NCBI GenBank assembly: GCA_051294375.1
Contig: CM119264.1
Location: 2,602,005-2,666,004 of the forward strand
DNA length: 64,000 nt
Reading direction: 5' to 3'
DNA from: Paraspadella gotoi
Lineage: Eukaryota > Animalia > Chaetognatha
This document shows, piece after piece, positions 13,988 through 27,447 of this stretch. The first letter of the stretch is position 1. Each line of letters opens with the position of its first letter. The position numbers were made by a program, and so were the translations under genes. The notes beneath the pieces were generated by a model. That model did no database searches. It had not been told where the DNA came from and was given only the letters and a program-made list of their open reading frames with translations.

Positions 13988-16900
13988 GTGAAGGGGAGAA
14001 GGGGAAGAAGGGAAGGAGAAGGGAGGAGGAAGAGGGGGAGAGGCAGGNNNNNNNNNNNNNNNNNNNNNNNNNAAGCCCAGGTAGATGAGAGGAGGTAGGA
14101 GAAGCAACGTTTTATTAAAATATCCAAAACCGATTTGGCATTATTTTATTTATTTATAATTTATCAAATATTAAGATGCTTTTTTTATATTAATCCTTGA
14201 TTTCTTATAACTAGCCAAATTTATTCAGTATACTGTTGTGTATTGTCTTCTATAAATAGGAGGGAGCATCACGCGTGCATATTCACGAAGAAACTTTGTT
14301 TAAAGTTGATTTTATTCATGAAAGTTACATTTTTACATTTTTTTCCCTTTCAATCCTTTATATATTCTTTTTTTATTTTTCTTCAAAAGTCAAATCATAA
14401 TTCGACTTTTTAGTCTCAGGAAAATTGAAAAGCAAAAAAAGACAATGAATACGTTTGAATACCCAATGATGTACATGATTATCATGTATAGTTAATGGAG
14501 CGACTGGACATAGCGGCGCCGATGCGGGAGTTAGGGAAGAGGTGTGGGCTATGCGGTGGAGGAGGAGGGAGAGCGAAAAGACGTGACGTGAACGGAGCGA
14601 CGTGACTGCGACGACGACGGACGACACAACGAGAGACGATTTCTGCATCCCATACACCCGGAGGGAGTAGAGACCAAATGTGTTGTGCAGGAATTCGCGG
14701 AGGAGAGAGAAGAGGAGGGAGGTGAATGAGAAAGTGATTCTGTTACGTGCAGAGAGAGTTAGAAACGGTCAATGGGAACTGCTTGCGATACGGAGGTCTG
14801 GAGACGCGAATTGTCGTTGTTGTTGTTCTTATTGTTGTGGCCTTTTGTTGTTGTATTGTTGCGTTGTGAGTTCTGGACCTAAGAATAGTAGATGAGATTT
14901 AAGAACAAGCGCGACTTGAAGGTATGGAACATACAGGAGAAGAACAGAGTTTTGTGAGAGGAATATGAAAGTGTACTAAAAAAGTGTAAGTTAGTATCAA
15001 TCTCAATCGCCGGAAGCGATAAGGCTTGAAGTCGAGGGAGATGATCGCAAAAGATCGAAAAATGGGTACCGAGGAGCTCAGTTGTGTAAAAGTTGAGGGA
15101 TATGAAGAGAGATAGTTAATTTTTTCTAAAGAATTAGGAATTGTTAGCATAAAACAACAGAAGTCAAAGAAAAGATATAGCGGAACGCTAGAAAAGAAAG
15201 ATGGAGCAGCGGTCATATCTTCTGACATTTGAGTTGTAGAATGGTTCGGCGATTAGTAATATGAAGCATGAAAGAGAAATAGCTCCGAAAGAAGTGGCGA
15301 CAGAGAATTATACTGTCTGAAGTTTTTCTTGTTTAAAGGATTGCGAAATAATCGTTAGACTCTGCGTCGATTCTGTACGCATAAGTTTATCAGCGTATCA
15401 AGACGAGATCTTCGTCAATTTTTTTTATTATCCGAACCCGACGACGATATGACGACGACGGGATCGGACTCGTATGAGAATCTTACGACCTTCTCTCTTG
15501 TGTTTTTTCGATGTATCATAGCTCTCGGTGCGTCGTGACGATGTAGTGGAACTCGTTCCTCCGTACTGCACGATCCATGCTACTTCTGCTCGGTCTCGAC
15601 ATTTTTCGCTCGTTCCCATTGAAATATCATCGTTCATACGCTTTCGGCTCTCCTCGTTCGTGCCGTCTCATTCATTTCACTTAATTAATTTAATCATACT
15701 TTAATTCTCTTATATCAATCTCTCTCTACATTCTCTAACTTTTATCAATCCTAACTTAATCTCGAAAAATAAATAATAACTCTACACTTAGCAATTAATT
15801 ACATTAATTAATTAATCTTAACTTAACTATAACATTAATTTCATTTCACAACTTCTTTCACACTTCATTTCATCTCAAGATCCGGTTTCATAATTATGGT
15901 AAGTTCATTAACATTCGGCATTCTGGTCCAATTCATTTCCGAGTTTAATTCATTCGATTCATCTTAATTTCCATTTATTTCCTAGAAAATCTTTAGACTA
16001 GAAGTTCCTCATCGCCTAGTACCTTTGAGTTTAACTCCCGCCTCGCCTTTTTATGAAATATGTTTGCTTTATTGTCTGCATTTGTCTTCCCTGGATGGGT
16101 TAACTTCTTTAATATTTCGACCTTTCTTCTCAGCGGCATTAAACTCCCGCTCCTATTGTGTGTCTACAGGGGCATTTCTTCCTCAACTTACTAGAAAGTC
16201 CCTTCTTATGACGATTCGCTTGTCTTTATTTCCACCGGCTTTTTCTTTCGGTTGTTGTTTAGGTAACGGTGATACTTTCTGCTTTTTCCACCGGTGTGCC
16301 AGCCAGTCAACTCCTCTAAACTTGCCCACTTCTCGGATTCACGTGTTCGTATGGTTGGTCCGTGCTATTAAGTCTTGCTGTTCGGAGGCGAAGAGTTCCG
16401 CCAGGAGGGTCGCGGTCTGGGTCCGGATTCCAGGATCCATCCCGCGAGACGTGTTCGCCTCAGTGATACATTCGGTGCCCACTTACGTTAAAAAATGTAC
16501 ATAATTTCGCCATATAGTGTGGTGGACTCATTTTGTTAAGACAGAAAGAAGCCTCAGTAGTCTAAGGACTGCTAGCGCCGCCTTCGGCGGAAATCCTAAA
16601 AATATAAAGAATTGCAAGGAGAGAGTGATTCCGATGAAGCCGTCACGGAATACTGGTTGGTCATTAAAGATAGATTACAGGGGCGCATTCAAGAAAGGGT
16701 TATTTTAGGGGTCCATACAGTCCAATGACTAATTAGGAGAAAGAAAATGTTGTTATTGGTTAAGGGGCTGTTCATGTTTCAATCAATTTCCGCAACAATT
16801 AATATTAATAGTTAAAGTAATTCGAATTTGTATACTGAGAATCTCTTTGTTTTTCTCCTTCTAAAACTGAAAAATATTTTTTGTTGACCGGAAAAATTGC

Positions 16901-19900
16901 AATTTCTCTCCCTCCCCGGACTTCTGTACTCTCTTCTAAAATCCTCGCTCCCGTTCGACATGAAGATTGATAATTAATTTCTCACAAAATAGATATAATT
17001 ATTTCACTCTCGATTATAACTTGAAAATCTAAAATAATAGATACCGCTAATATACACTGACTACGCATATGAAAACTGATCAAAGAAAATAGTGACTCTT
17101 GCTAAAGATTCGTAGGAGGATTGGAAGTCGTAATAGCTGTGATCCCTCGGCGCCATCTATCATATATAATAAAAAATCGAACAATACAAAAAGCTCACAA
17201 CACTGAATATAATCGTACCACAAATCACATGCCAATGAATACTGAATCAAAATAAGACAAACGAGTAACTATCAGCATGATACATGTGATAATCACTGTT
17301 GTAAATAAGAATGGAAGATAGATACTAGAGAGGTAGACGAAATTCCGAAATAAACCGCCCGCCGCGCAGGCGAGGACCGAACAAAAAAATAGAAAAAATA
17401 AATAACAAAAAAAAACCGACAACGAAAAGAAAAAAGGAAAAAATAGAAAAAATCTGAGGAATATAAAACAATAAATAAACTCTGATGTGGTTAATGAGAT
17501 GATCGACGAGAGAGAATAGAAATTAAAGAACCAAATAAAGATCAGAACAGATGGAAATGCCAACCAGCCTCCCAACTCTCTATTCGCAAATGTGCCCGAC
17601 GTAAAAAGAAACGGGAAGGCGAAGAAGAGAAGAGAGGGAGGAGGAAGAGAGGAGAGAGATTAGAGGGAAAGAGAGATAGAAATAGAAAAGAAGAAAAGGA
17701 AAGAAAGAAAAAAAAAGAGAAATGAAAAAAAAAAAGAGAGGAGAGGAGAGTGAGAAGAAGAGGGAGGGAGAGTGTCCGCAAGAGAAAAGAGTCGTTGTGA
17801 CAAGATGCTCGACGAGGAGAGAGCGAGAGACGAGATAGCATAGAAGAGAAGAGAAAAAAAAGAGAAAGAGGAAAGGAAAAAGGAAAAAAAAAAGAGAGAA
17901 AAAAGAGAGAGAGAGAAAGAATAAGAGAAAAGAGAGAGAGAGGAAAAGAAAGTTTTTTCTTTTTTTGAAAATCAGACCGACATTAACGCCTTCCGGTATG
18001 GTTCTGTCGTTGTCGTTTCGTCTTGTGTTGTTGTTGTCTTTTGCGTCGAGCATGAAGAGGTTATAAAACTTGATACCAATCCAGGCCAAGTCGTCAACTT
18101 CCCGTACTCGGTTGTGTCAGGCAGCAGTCAAGGTCAGGTCAGGTCAGGTGCATGTGGTCAGCCAGAAAGTCAAGCCAATTTCACTGTTTGAGGATCTCAT
18201 CACGAGAAATCGTAGAAAGCGCGTCGCCAGGAAAGGGGAATAATAGAACGATCAGAACCGCGAGAGGCCCAGGGACCGCAAAGAAGCTGCCTGGACCGTA
18301 AAGCTTTGGACGCGCGAAAGCCCGGATCCGCTTAGCCCGGAACCGCGAAGCCTGGAACCACGAAAAGAACCCGGAACCGCTTAGCCCGGGACCGCAAAGC
18401 TGTGGAACGCCGCGACCTTCCCGCGTCGTTTGGAAATGGATGACGTCGTGAGAAAGCAGATGAGAGAGGCAGAGCAGGCTTGTTTGTTCAACAAGAGGAG
18501 GGCGGAAGAGAGCGAGAGAGAGAAAGGGGAGGAGAGCAGAGAGAGAGAAGAAGAAGGGAGGAAGAGGCGATTAGAGAGAGAGACAGAAGAGGAGACGAGA
18601 GGAGAGAGAGAAGAAAGGAAAAGAGAGGAGAGGGGAGGAAGAAGGAGAGAAAGATGAATAGCAGAGGAGAGAAGAATGAGAGGAGAGAGAGAGGAATGAG
18701 GATGAAAGAAGAGGGGAGAGAGAGAGAGAGAAAGAGAAGAGAGAGAAAGAAGGAAAAGAGAGACGGAGAGTCGAGAGAGTACGGAGAGAGAGGAGGAGAG
18801 AATATTCAAGACTTCAAAATGAATTTCAAGGCAGAAGCTGCCCCAAGGCGGCACCTTTTAAACTGTTGGTGATTGACGGCTTCTCTCTCTCTCTCGTCTC
18901 TTCTCTCGCTCTCTCTTCTCTCTCTCTCTCTCGTAGCGTCTCGTCTACTGCCTGACTCACTTTTTCTTTTCCTCTTCATATTCCGAAAAGAAGCGTCAGC
19001 GTTTGCTGCCAAAGTTTAATTTCCCGCCGCAATTTTTCGGTCGAAAATGTATTTATATTATTTGACTTTTGATCTTTCGTATTTGCTCCTTTTCTTCTCC
19101 TTTTGACGAAGGGTTGTATCACTTCTCGCCAACGAGGACCATGCATATCATTCTCTCGCGACAGTTAATCTGGTGAGACACATGAGGAGAATGGAGAGAT
19201 GTTATCTGCGCGCGGCGGTCGTACGTCGGTCGGTCGGTTTCGTCGTTAAATGCGATCACCTCATGTTTTTATCTTTTGGTCCCCTGGTACACTATTGATT
19301 AATTCGTGATGTAGATTATAACATATTATTTGGAGCCTACCTAAAAAAAAAAATTTTGAATACATTATTATCAACTAATATTTTTAACTAATGTCACTGT
19401 TCGTAAAATCTACTAAATTTTTCAGGATGGTTCCTTTTTTTTTTAGAACCGTCGGTTTTCGTCGTGCCACGTCTGCATCTTACAAATGACGTAGTTATAG
19501 TGAGTTTAATATTAATACTATTGCTGCTGTCTCTTGCCTGCCTGGCTGCGGTTAAATGTCGTTGTGTTCATTTTGCGCGAGATCGAATTTTTATGGCCAA
19601 CATACAACTTTAAAACAGAGTCTGATCGCGAGTTAACACTCGGATTTTCATTTCCTTCTGGTTTTCACGTCTTTTTTTTTCGTCGACAAATTTTTAAATT
19701 CAAAACCTAAATTAATTCTAAAAAAGATTCAAATTAATCCTTCGTCCGGATTCACAATTTGATTTCAACTCAGATTTTCGTAACATAAAATTCCTTTCAT
19801 TCGCTATGTTCGTGTTGCCCCCGATTGCCCATCGTGCGCTATCCGACGCGCCATGGGTTAGAAATGTCACAGAAAGACGCATTAACTAAGATTTTAAAGA

Positions 19901-20984
19901 TCTGAGAGAAGTGAATATAATAGATCTTATTATATAGTAAACAGAAATGTCCACTCACATCGTATAGTATTGCCTTTTTTTCTTTTTTTTTATACGTTAA
20001 GTATACAACCAATTTACTCCCAAGAAGAACAAGTCGCCTCCATTCATTAGGCTTCTCTCTAACCGTTGCTTGAGTTCTCGGAATGAAACTGAGAAGAAAA
20101 ATCGGTATCAACTCCCTCGGAGTTCACCGTTGAAAAAAAGTCACTTTGCGAAATCGATTCTGCGACTCTCGCCCTCACTTGCATAGGCAGAGACCCACTT
20201 TTAATCTCACTTTAGTTACTTAGGCTTCACTTCTCGCCTTCACTTTAGTCCACTCCAACCGCTTTAATTTCAACAATACCATTTAATACAATTGATTGCA
20301 TAAATTGAAACGAAGCCATAGAAATGGACGATTATAGATTAAAAATAGTGGTCAACTTGGTCTGTTCTAATTTTTGTAATGTATTCCCAAAACATGTTTC
20401 GAAGAAGACCTGAGAAGTATCGAGGTCATTATTAATTCGATAATATACTAGTGAGAGTGGTTTGCATCTATGATACGAGTGCAAGAGTTTCTCCCCCAAA
20501 CGAAAGCGGACCAACTGTGCCAAAGGCGACATCAATATTGCCACCAAAAACCGAATTTCTTGCTCGGCAGAATCTCTGACGAAAACCTTCATCAAAGATT
20601 CAAAAAACCGGAAACTCGAACGGTTCGCCATTCCATTAACTCACCCCCCACTTACTTTTTCCGGTCCCTCACCCACCCTAATTTCGGTGACAAACGGCGG
20701 TTGCGAGGTGAAGCATTACCGTCAACCGAACTTGTTCGCTTTTTTAGCCGCCGTTGGGGAGAGAGAGAGAGAGAGATGGAGAGAGAGATATGAGAGTCGC
20801 ACCAAGAGAGAGAGAGAAGAGGGTACGAGAGAGAGAGAGACTGATGGATTCTTCATAAGCTGGTTTTCGATGAGACCGAAATGGACGCCGTGTAGAATTC
20901 AGGAAGTCGCTTGGGAAGATGTATTCAGATAGAGAGATTTCTTATTCGAAATATTATATAGAGGTAACTCTCATCTCTCTCTGC

Positions 20985-21042
<58 letters not shown>

Positions 21043-21844
21043 TCCTCTCTCTCTACTCTCTCTCTCTCTCTCTCTCCCTCATCACACGCCTGGGGACCCT
21101 TACCCTATTAAAACTAGACGCCCGCGGAGGAGTCAACCAGATTCATTTCGAAATTCTTTTCGCTGCGGATTTTGGAGTTTTGGGTTTTTCGTAAACAATC
21201 TTCGAAAAAATCGGTCGGAGTGGTATTTCTATCAAGAGATTTCTCCTCGGGGGCGGCGCGAGTGGTATCTGGTTTATCAGTTACATTTGAATCCAGATTA
21301 ATTTCTGATGTCGCAGCATGTACTTCTAGCAGGCTATGCGGCTTCCTTATCCACAATTTGCTTGTGGGCGTGAAGGAACAACCCTTAAAAGGTGTCCCGA
21401 AACACAGGAGGGAGAGGAAGGGAAGGGGAGGAGGCAAGAAAATCGTTTTAAGTCTGACTCCTCGTTATTCGTTTGAGTTCAGTTTATCGTTTACAAGTTT
21501 CGTCAAGTTTTTTTCCTCTTTGAAGTTGTTNNNNNNNNNNNNNNNNNNNNNNNNNNNNNNNNNNNNNNNNNNNNNNNNNNNNNNNNNNNNNNNNNNNNNN
21601 NNNNNNNNNNNNNNNNNNNNNNNNNNNNNNNNNNNNNNNNNNNNNNNNNNNNNNNNNNNNNNNNNNNNNNNNNNNNNNNNNNNNNNNNNNNNNNNNNNNN
21701 NNNNNNNNNNNNNNNNNNNNNNNNNNNNNNNNNNNNNNNNNNNNNNNNNNNNNNNNNNNNNNNNNNNNNNNNNNNNNNNNNNNNNNNTTCCCCGAAAAAA
21801 AACCAACCGCAACAAGATCCACATCAACTTCCTCCAATCATCAG

Positions 21845-22112
21845 ATCCGTGGAACGGCTCCTCCGCGTCTTTCTCTCCATGATGCAGAAGACCTCCAGCC
21901 CGCAGACGGCCGCCGCCTGGAAGCGTGCCGTCGACGTCTTCTGCATGCACTTCCTCCGCGGACTCCGCCAGGGGTTAGACCCGGGCTCCTCGAGCGGCCC
22001 CGGCTCGGAAACGGACGACGCCCGGGAGTCGCGAGGAAGTTCGGCCGGTTGGAGGCGAAGAGCGAGAAGCGGATTGGACCAACATCCCAGCGAGACGTGT
22101 TCGCCTCAGTGA
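21845..22112 (+). CDS. Globin coding exon 3 (G and H helices plus C-terminal tail)
   Basis: Acceptor CAATCATCAG|A matches the phase-2 donor of exon 2 (AG+A = Arg). Encodes (R)SVERLLRVFLSMMQKTSSPQTAAAWKRAVDVFCMHFLRGL..., with the H-helix 'SP...AAW.K' pattern, to TGA at 22110-12. Spliced protein is about 196 aa. The distance from exon 2 may be inflated by misassembly. Confidence 0.8.
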
Positions 22113-22439
22113 AATCGGGAGGGGGGTGGATACTGGATAGCGAATGACTAATTAGGGAGAAAGAAAAGTTAATTGATTAATTAATTAATTAAGTAATCGA
22201 TTTGGGATTTTTGAGATCTCTGTATTTCTTCTAAAATCGGTTCGAAGAGATAATTATTTTTCACAATGTCTTTTCATTTCGAGATAACTTGATCTTTGAT
22301 CCTTACACCGACAGCATATTAGACTAGTTTTGCTGATGTGAGGATTGGAAGGTGTACATAAAAAGATTCCGAGACCGCGCAAATGGAACTTTTTAAGAGA
22401 GAGAGAGAGAGAGANNNNNNNNNNNNNNNNNNNNNNNNN

Positions 22440-22743
22440 GCCGTCATCGATCGTCAATCAGTTTCGTCATTATCTCTCTCGTTTTCATCAGCATCTTATT
22501 CCAGCCTACCTTCAACCTCCACTCCCTTTTTTCAGGTTTACCCGAACCGTTTGTCAGTTCCCCCCACTGGGCGGAACTCCCGCTCGACGTTTCTTAAAGC
22601 TCAAATCCTTCGAGCGAAAGGCCTTTCACACGGGACCCCTTCATCAGAGCCTTGCGACTCCTCGAACAATGCCGAACCTTTCAAGAGGGGTCTGCTTATG
22701 TAACCGAGTCAAGCTGATTGGCAACACGTCATCCAGTCCGAGG
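22440..22743 (+). pseudogene. Frameshifted copy of globin intron-1 end and exon 2 (probably an unpolished long-read copy rather than a true pseudogene)
   Basis: Aligns by eye to 13670-13990 (e.g. CCCCACTGGGCGGAACTCCCGCTCGA, AAGCTCAAATCCTTCGAGCGAAAGGCC) with many small indels, and starts immediately after a 25-N gap. Confidence 0.6.
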
Positions 22744-25700
22744 TGAAGAGAAGAAGGGGAAGAAAGGAAGGAGAAGGGAGGAAGAGGGGAAGCCCAGGTA
22801 GATGAGAGGAGGTAGGAGAAGCAACGTTTTATTAAAATATCCAAAACCGATTTGGCATTATTTTATTTATTTATAATTTATCAAATATTAAGATGCTTTT
22901 TTTATATTAATCCTTGATTTCTTATAACTAGCCAAATTTATTCAGTATACTGTTGTGTATTGTCTTCTATAAATAGGAGGGAGCATCACGCGTGCATATT
23001 CACGAAGAAACTTTGTTTAAAGTTGATTTTATTCATGAAAGTTACATTTTTACATTTTTTTCCCTTTCAATCCTTTATATATTCTTTTTTTATTTTTCTT
23101 CAAAAGTCAAATCATAATTCGACTTTTTAGTCTCAGGAAAATTGAAAAGCAAAAAAAGACAATGAATACGTTTGAATACCCAATGATGTACATGATTATC
23201 ATGTATAGTTAATGGAGCGACTGGACATAGCGGCGCCGATGCGGGAGTTAGGGAAGAGGTGTGGGCTATGCGGTGGAGGAGGAGGGAGAGCGAAAAGACG
23301 TGACGTGAACGGAGCGACGTGACTGCGACGACGACGGACGACACAACGAGAGACGATTTCTGCATCCCATACACCCGGAGGGAGTAGAGACCAAATGTGT
23401 TGTGCAGGAATTCGCGGAGGAGAGAGAAGAGGAGGGAGGTGAATGAGAAAGTGATTCTGTTACGTGCAGAGAGAGTTAGAAACGGTCAATGGGAACTGCT
23501 TGCGATACGGAGGTCTGGAGACGCGAATTGTCGTTGTTGTTGTTCTTATTGTTGTGGCCTTTTGTTGTTGTATTGTTGCGTTGTGAGTTCTGGACCTAAG
23601 AATAGTAGATGAGATTTAAGAACAAGCGCGACTTGAAGGTATGGAACATACAGGAGAAGAACAGAGTTTTGTGAGAGGAATATGAAAGTGTACTAAAAAA
23701 GTGTAAGTTAGTATCAATCTCAATCGCCGGAAGCGATAAGGCTTGAAGTCGAGGGAGATGATCGCAAAAGATCGAAAAATGGGTACCGAGGAGCTCAGTT
23801 GTGTAAAAGTTGAGGGATATGAAGAGAGATAGTTAATTTTTTCTAAAGAATTAGGAATTGTTAGCATAAAACAACAGAAGTCAAAGAAAAGATATAGCGG
23901 AACGCTAGAAAAGAAAGATGGAGCAGCGGTCATATCTTCTGACATTTGAGTTGTAGAATGGTTCGGCGATTAGTAATATGAAGCATGAAAGAGAAATAGC
24001 TCCGAAAGAAGTGGCGACAGAGAATTATACTGTCTGAAGTTTTTCTTGTTTAAAGGATTGCGAAATAATCGTTAGACTCTGCGTCGATTCTGTACGCATA
24101 AGTTTATCAGCGTATCAAGACGAGATCTTCGTCAATTTTTTTTATTATCCGAACCCGACGACGATATGACGACGACGGGATCGGACTCGTATGAGAATCT
24201 TACGACCTTCTCTCTTGTGTTTTTTCGATGTATCATAGCTCTCGGTGCGTCGTGACGATGTAGTGGAACTCGTTCCTCCGTACTGCACGATCCATGCTAC
24301 TTCTGCTCGGTCTCGACATTTTTCGCTCGTTCCCATTGAAATATCATCGTTCATACGCTTTCGGCTCTCCTCGTTCGTGCCGTCTCATTCATTTCACTTA
24401 ATTAATTTAATCATACTTTAATTCTCTTATATCAATCTCTCTCTACATTCTCTAACTTTTATCAATCCTAACTTAATCTCGAAAAATAAATAATAACTCT
24501 ACACTTAGCAATTAATTACATTAATTAATTAATCTTAACTTAACTATAACATTAATTTCATTTCACAACTTCTTTCACACTTCATTTCATCTCAAGATCC
24601 GGTTTCATAATTATGGTAAGTTCATTAACATTCGGCATTCTGGTCCAATTCATTTCCGAGTTTAATTCATTCGATTCATCTTAATTTCCATTTATTTCCT
24701 AGAAAATCTTTAGACTAGAAGTTCCTCATCGCCTAGTACCTTTGAGTTTAACTCCCGCCTCGCCTTTTTATGAAATATGTTTGCTTTATTGTCTGCATTT
24801 GTCTTCCCTGGATGGGTTAACTTCTTTAATATTTCGACCTTTCTTCTCAGCGGCATTAAACTCCCGCTCCTATTGTGTGTCTACAGGGGCATTTCTTCCT
24901 CAACTTACTAGAAAGTCCCTTCTTATGACGATTCGCTTGTCTTTATTTCCACCGGCTTTTTCTTTCGGTTGTTGTTTAGGTAACGGTGATACTTTCTGCT
25001 TTTTCCACCGGTGTGCCAGCCAGTCAACTCCTCTAAACTTGCCCACTTCTCGGATTCACGTGTTCGTATGGTTGGTCCGTGCTATTAAGTCTTGCTGTTC
25101 GGAGGCGAAGAGTTCCGCCAGGAGGGTCGCGGTCTGGGTCCGGATTCCAGGATCCATCCCGCGAGACGTGTTCGCCTCAGTGATACATTCGGTGCCCACT
25201 TACGTTAAAAAATGTACATAATTTCGCCATATAGTGTGGTGGACTCATTTTGTTAAGACAGAAAGAAGCCTCAGTAGTCTAAGGACTGCTAGCGCCGCCT
25301 TCGGCGGAAATCCTAAAAATATAAAGAATTGCAAGGAGAGAGTGATTCCGATGAAGCCGTCACGGAATACTGGTTGGTCATTAAAGATAGATTACAGGGG
25401 CGCATTCAAGAAAGGGTTATTTTAGGGGTCCATACAGTCCAATGACTAATTAGGAGAAAGAAAATGTTGTTATTGGTTAAGGGGCTGTTCATGTTTCAAT
25501 CAATTTCCGCAACAATTAATATTAATAGTTAAAGTAATTCGAATTTGTATACTGAGAATCTCTTTGTTTTTCTCCTTCTAAAACTGAAAAATATTTTTTG
25601 TTGACCGGAAAAATTGCAATTTCTCTCCCTCCCCGGACTTCTGTACTCTCTTCTAAAATCCTCGCTCCCGTTCGACATGAAGATTGATAATTAATTTCTC

Positions 25701-26913
25701 ACAAAATAGATATAATTATTTCACTCTCGATTATAACTTGAAAATCTAAAATAATAGATACCGCTAATATACACTGACTACGCATATGAAAACTGATCAA
25801 AGAAAATAGTGACTCTTGCTAAAGATTCGTAGGAGGATTGGAAGTCGTAATAGCTGTGATCCCTCGGCGCCATCTATCATATATAATAAAAAATCGAACA
25901 ATACAAAAAGCTCACAACACTGAATATAATCGTACCACAAATCACATGCCAATGAATACTGAATCAAAATAAGACAAACGAGTAACTATCAGCATGATAC
26001 ATGTGATAATCACTGTTGTAAATAAGAATGGAAGATAGATACTAGAGAGGTAGACGAAATTCCGAAATAAACCGCCCGCCGCGCAGGCGAGGACCGAACA
26101 AAAAAATAGAAAAAATAAATAACAAAAAAAAACCGACAACGAAAAGAAAAAAGGAAAAAATAGAAAAAATCTGAGGAATATAAAACAATAAATAAACTCT
26201 GATGTGGTTAATGAGATGATCGACGAGAGAGAATAGAAATTAAAGAACCAAATAAAGATCAGAACAGATGGAAATGCCAACCAGCCTCCCAACTCTCTAT
26301 TCGCAAATGTGCCCGACGTAAAAAGAAACGGGAAGGCGAAGAAGAGAAGAGAGGGAGGAGGAAGAGAGGAGAGAGATTAGAGGGAAAGAGAGATAGAAAT
26401 AGAAAAGAAGAAAAGGAAAGAAAGAAAAAAAAAGAGAAATGAAAAAAAAAAAGAGAGGAGAGGAGAGTGAGAAGAAGAGGGAGGGAGAGTGTCCGCAAGA
26501 GAAAAGAGTCGTTGTGACAAGATGCTCGACGAGGAGAGAGCGAGAGACGAGATAGCATAGAAGAGAAGAGAAAAAAAAGAGAAAGAGGAAAGGAAAAAGG
26601 AAAAAAAAAAGAGAGAAAAAAGAGAGAGAGAGAAAGAAAGAGAGAGAGAGAGAGAGAAAAAAGTTTTTTCTTTGAAAATCACCGACATTAACGCCTTCGT
26701 TGTTGTCGTTGTCGTCGTCTTGTTGTTGTTGTTGTCTTTTTGCGTCGGTAAAAACTTAATACCAATCCAGGCCAAGTCGTCAATTCCGTCTCGGTGTCAG
26801 GTCAGCAGGTCAGGTCAGGTCAGGTCAGGTCAGGTCAGCCAGGTCAGCAATTTCACTTTGAGGATCTCATCACGAGAAATCGTGAAGGCCGTCGCCAGGG
26901 ATTAGAACGATCA

Positions 26914-27060
26914 GGACCGCGAAGCCCGGGACCGCAAAGTGCTGGACCGTAAAGCTTTGGACCGCGAAGCCCGGATCCGCTTAGCCCGGAACCGCGAAGC
27001 CTGGAACCACGAAGCCCGGAACCGCTTAGCCCGGGACCGCAAAGCTTTGGACCGCGACTT
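26914..27060 (+). repeat. GC-rich minisatellite of about 14-16 bp (GGACCGCGAAGCCC-like); noisy copy at 18255-18420
   Basis: About 9 degenerate tandem units visible. Confidence 0.7.
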
Positions 27061-27313
27061 CCCGCGTCGTTGAAATGATTGACGTCGTGAGGAAGCAGAG
27101 GCTTTTGTTTTTGTTTTTCGAAACGAAGCGAGGGCGGAGAGACGAGAGAGGAGAGAGGAAGGGGAGAGGAATGAGAGGAAGAGAGGATGAGAGAGAGAGA
27201 AGACGAGAGAGAGGAGAGAGAGAGAAAGAAGGAGGAAAGAAGAGAGAAGTAAGAGAGAGAGAGAGAGAGAGAAGGAGAGAGAGAGAGAGAGAAGAAGAGA
27301 GAAAGAGAGGAGG

Positions 27314-27345
<32 letters not shown>

Positions 27346-27383
27346 AAACCACTAAAGTAGACGTAGAAGAAAAGAGAGACGAT

Positions 27384-27447
<64 letters not shown>

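Larger units (their letters stand above)
14073..26638 (+). repeat. Apparently exact 3.85-kb direct duplication (14073-17921 = 22790-26638, offset 8717)
   Basis: Identical ORF translations recur at offset 8717; both copies start at or just after 25-N gaps; weaker homology continues to about 18480/27110. Confidence 0.9.

Noticed and set aside
13044-13991. 315-aa ORF as a single-exon protein
   Set aside because: It runs through an N gap and an in-frame intron with clear GT-AG signals; only the two globin exons look coding.
22440-26638. A true second globin gene or recent segmental duplication
   Set aside because: Apparently base-identical noisy sequence next to 25-N gaps and an indel-ridden exon point to gap-filling redundancy; not accepted without read support.
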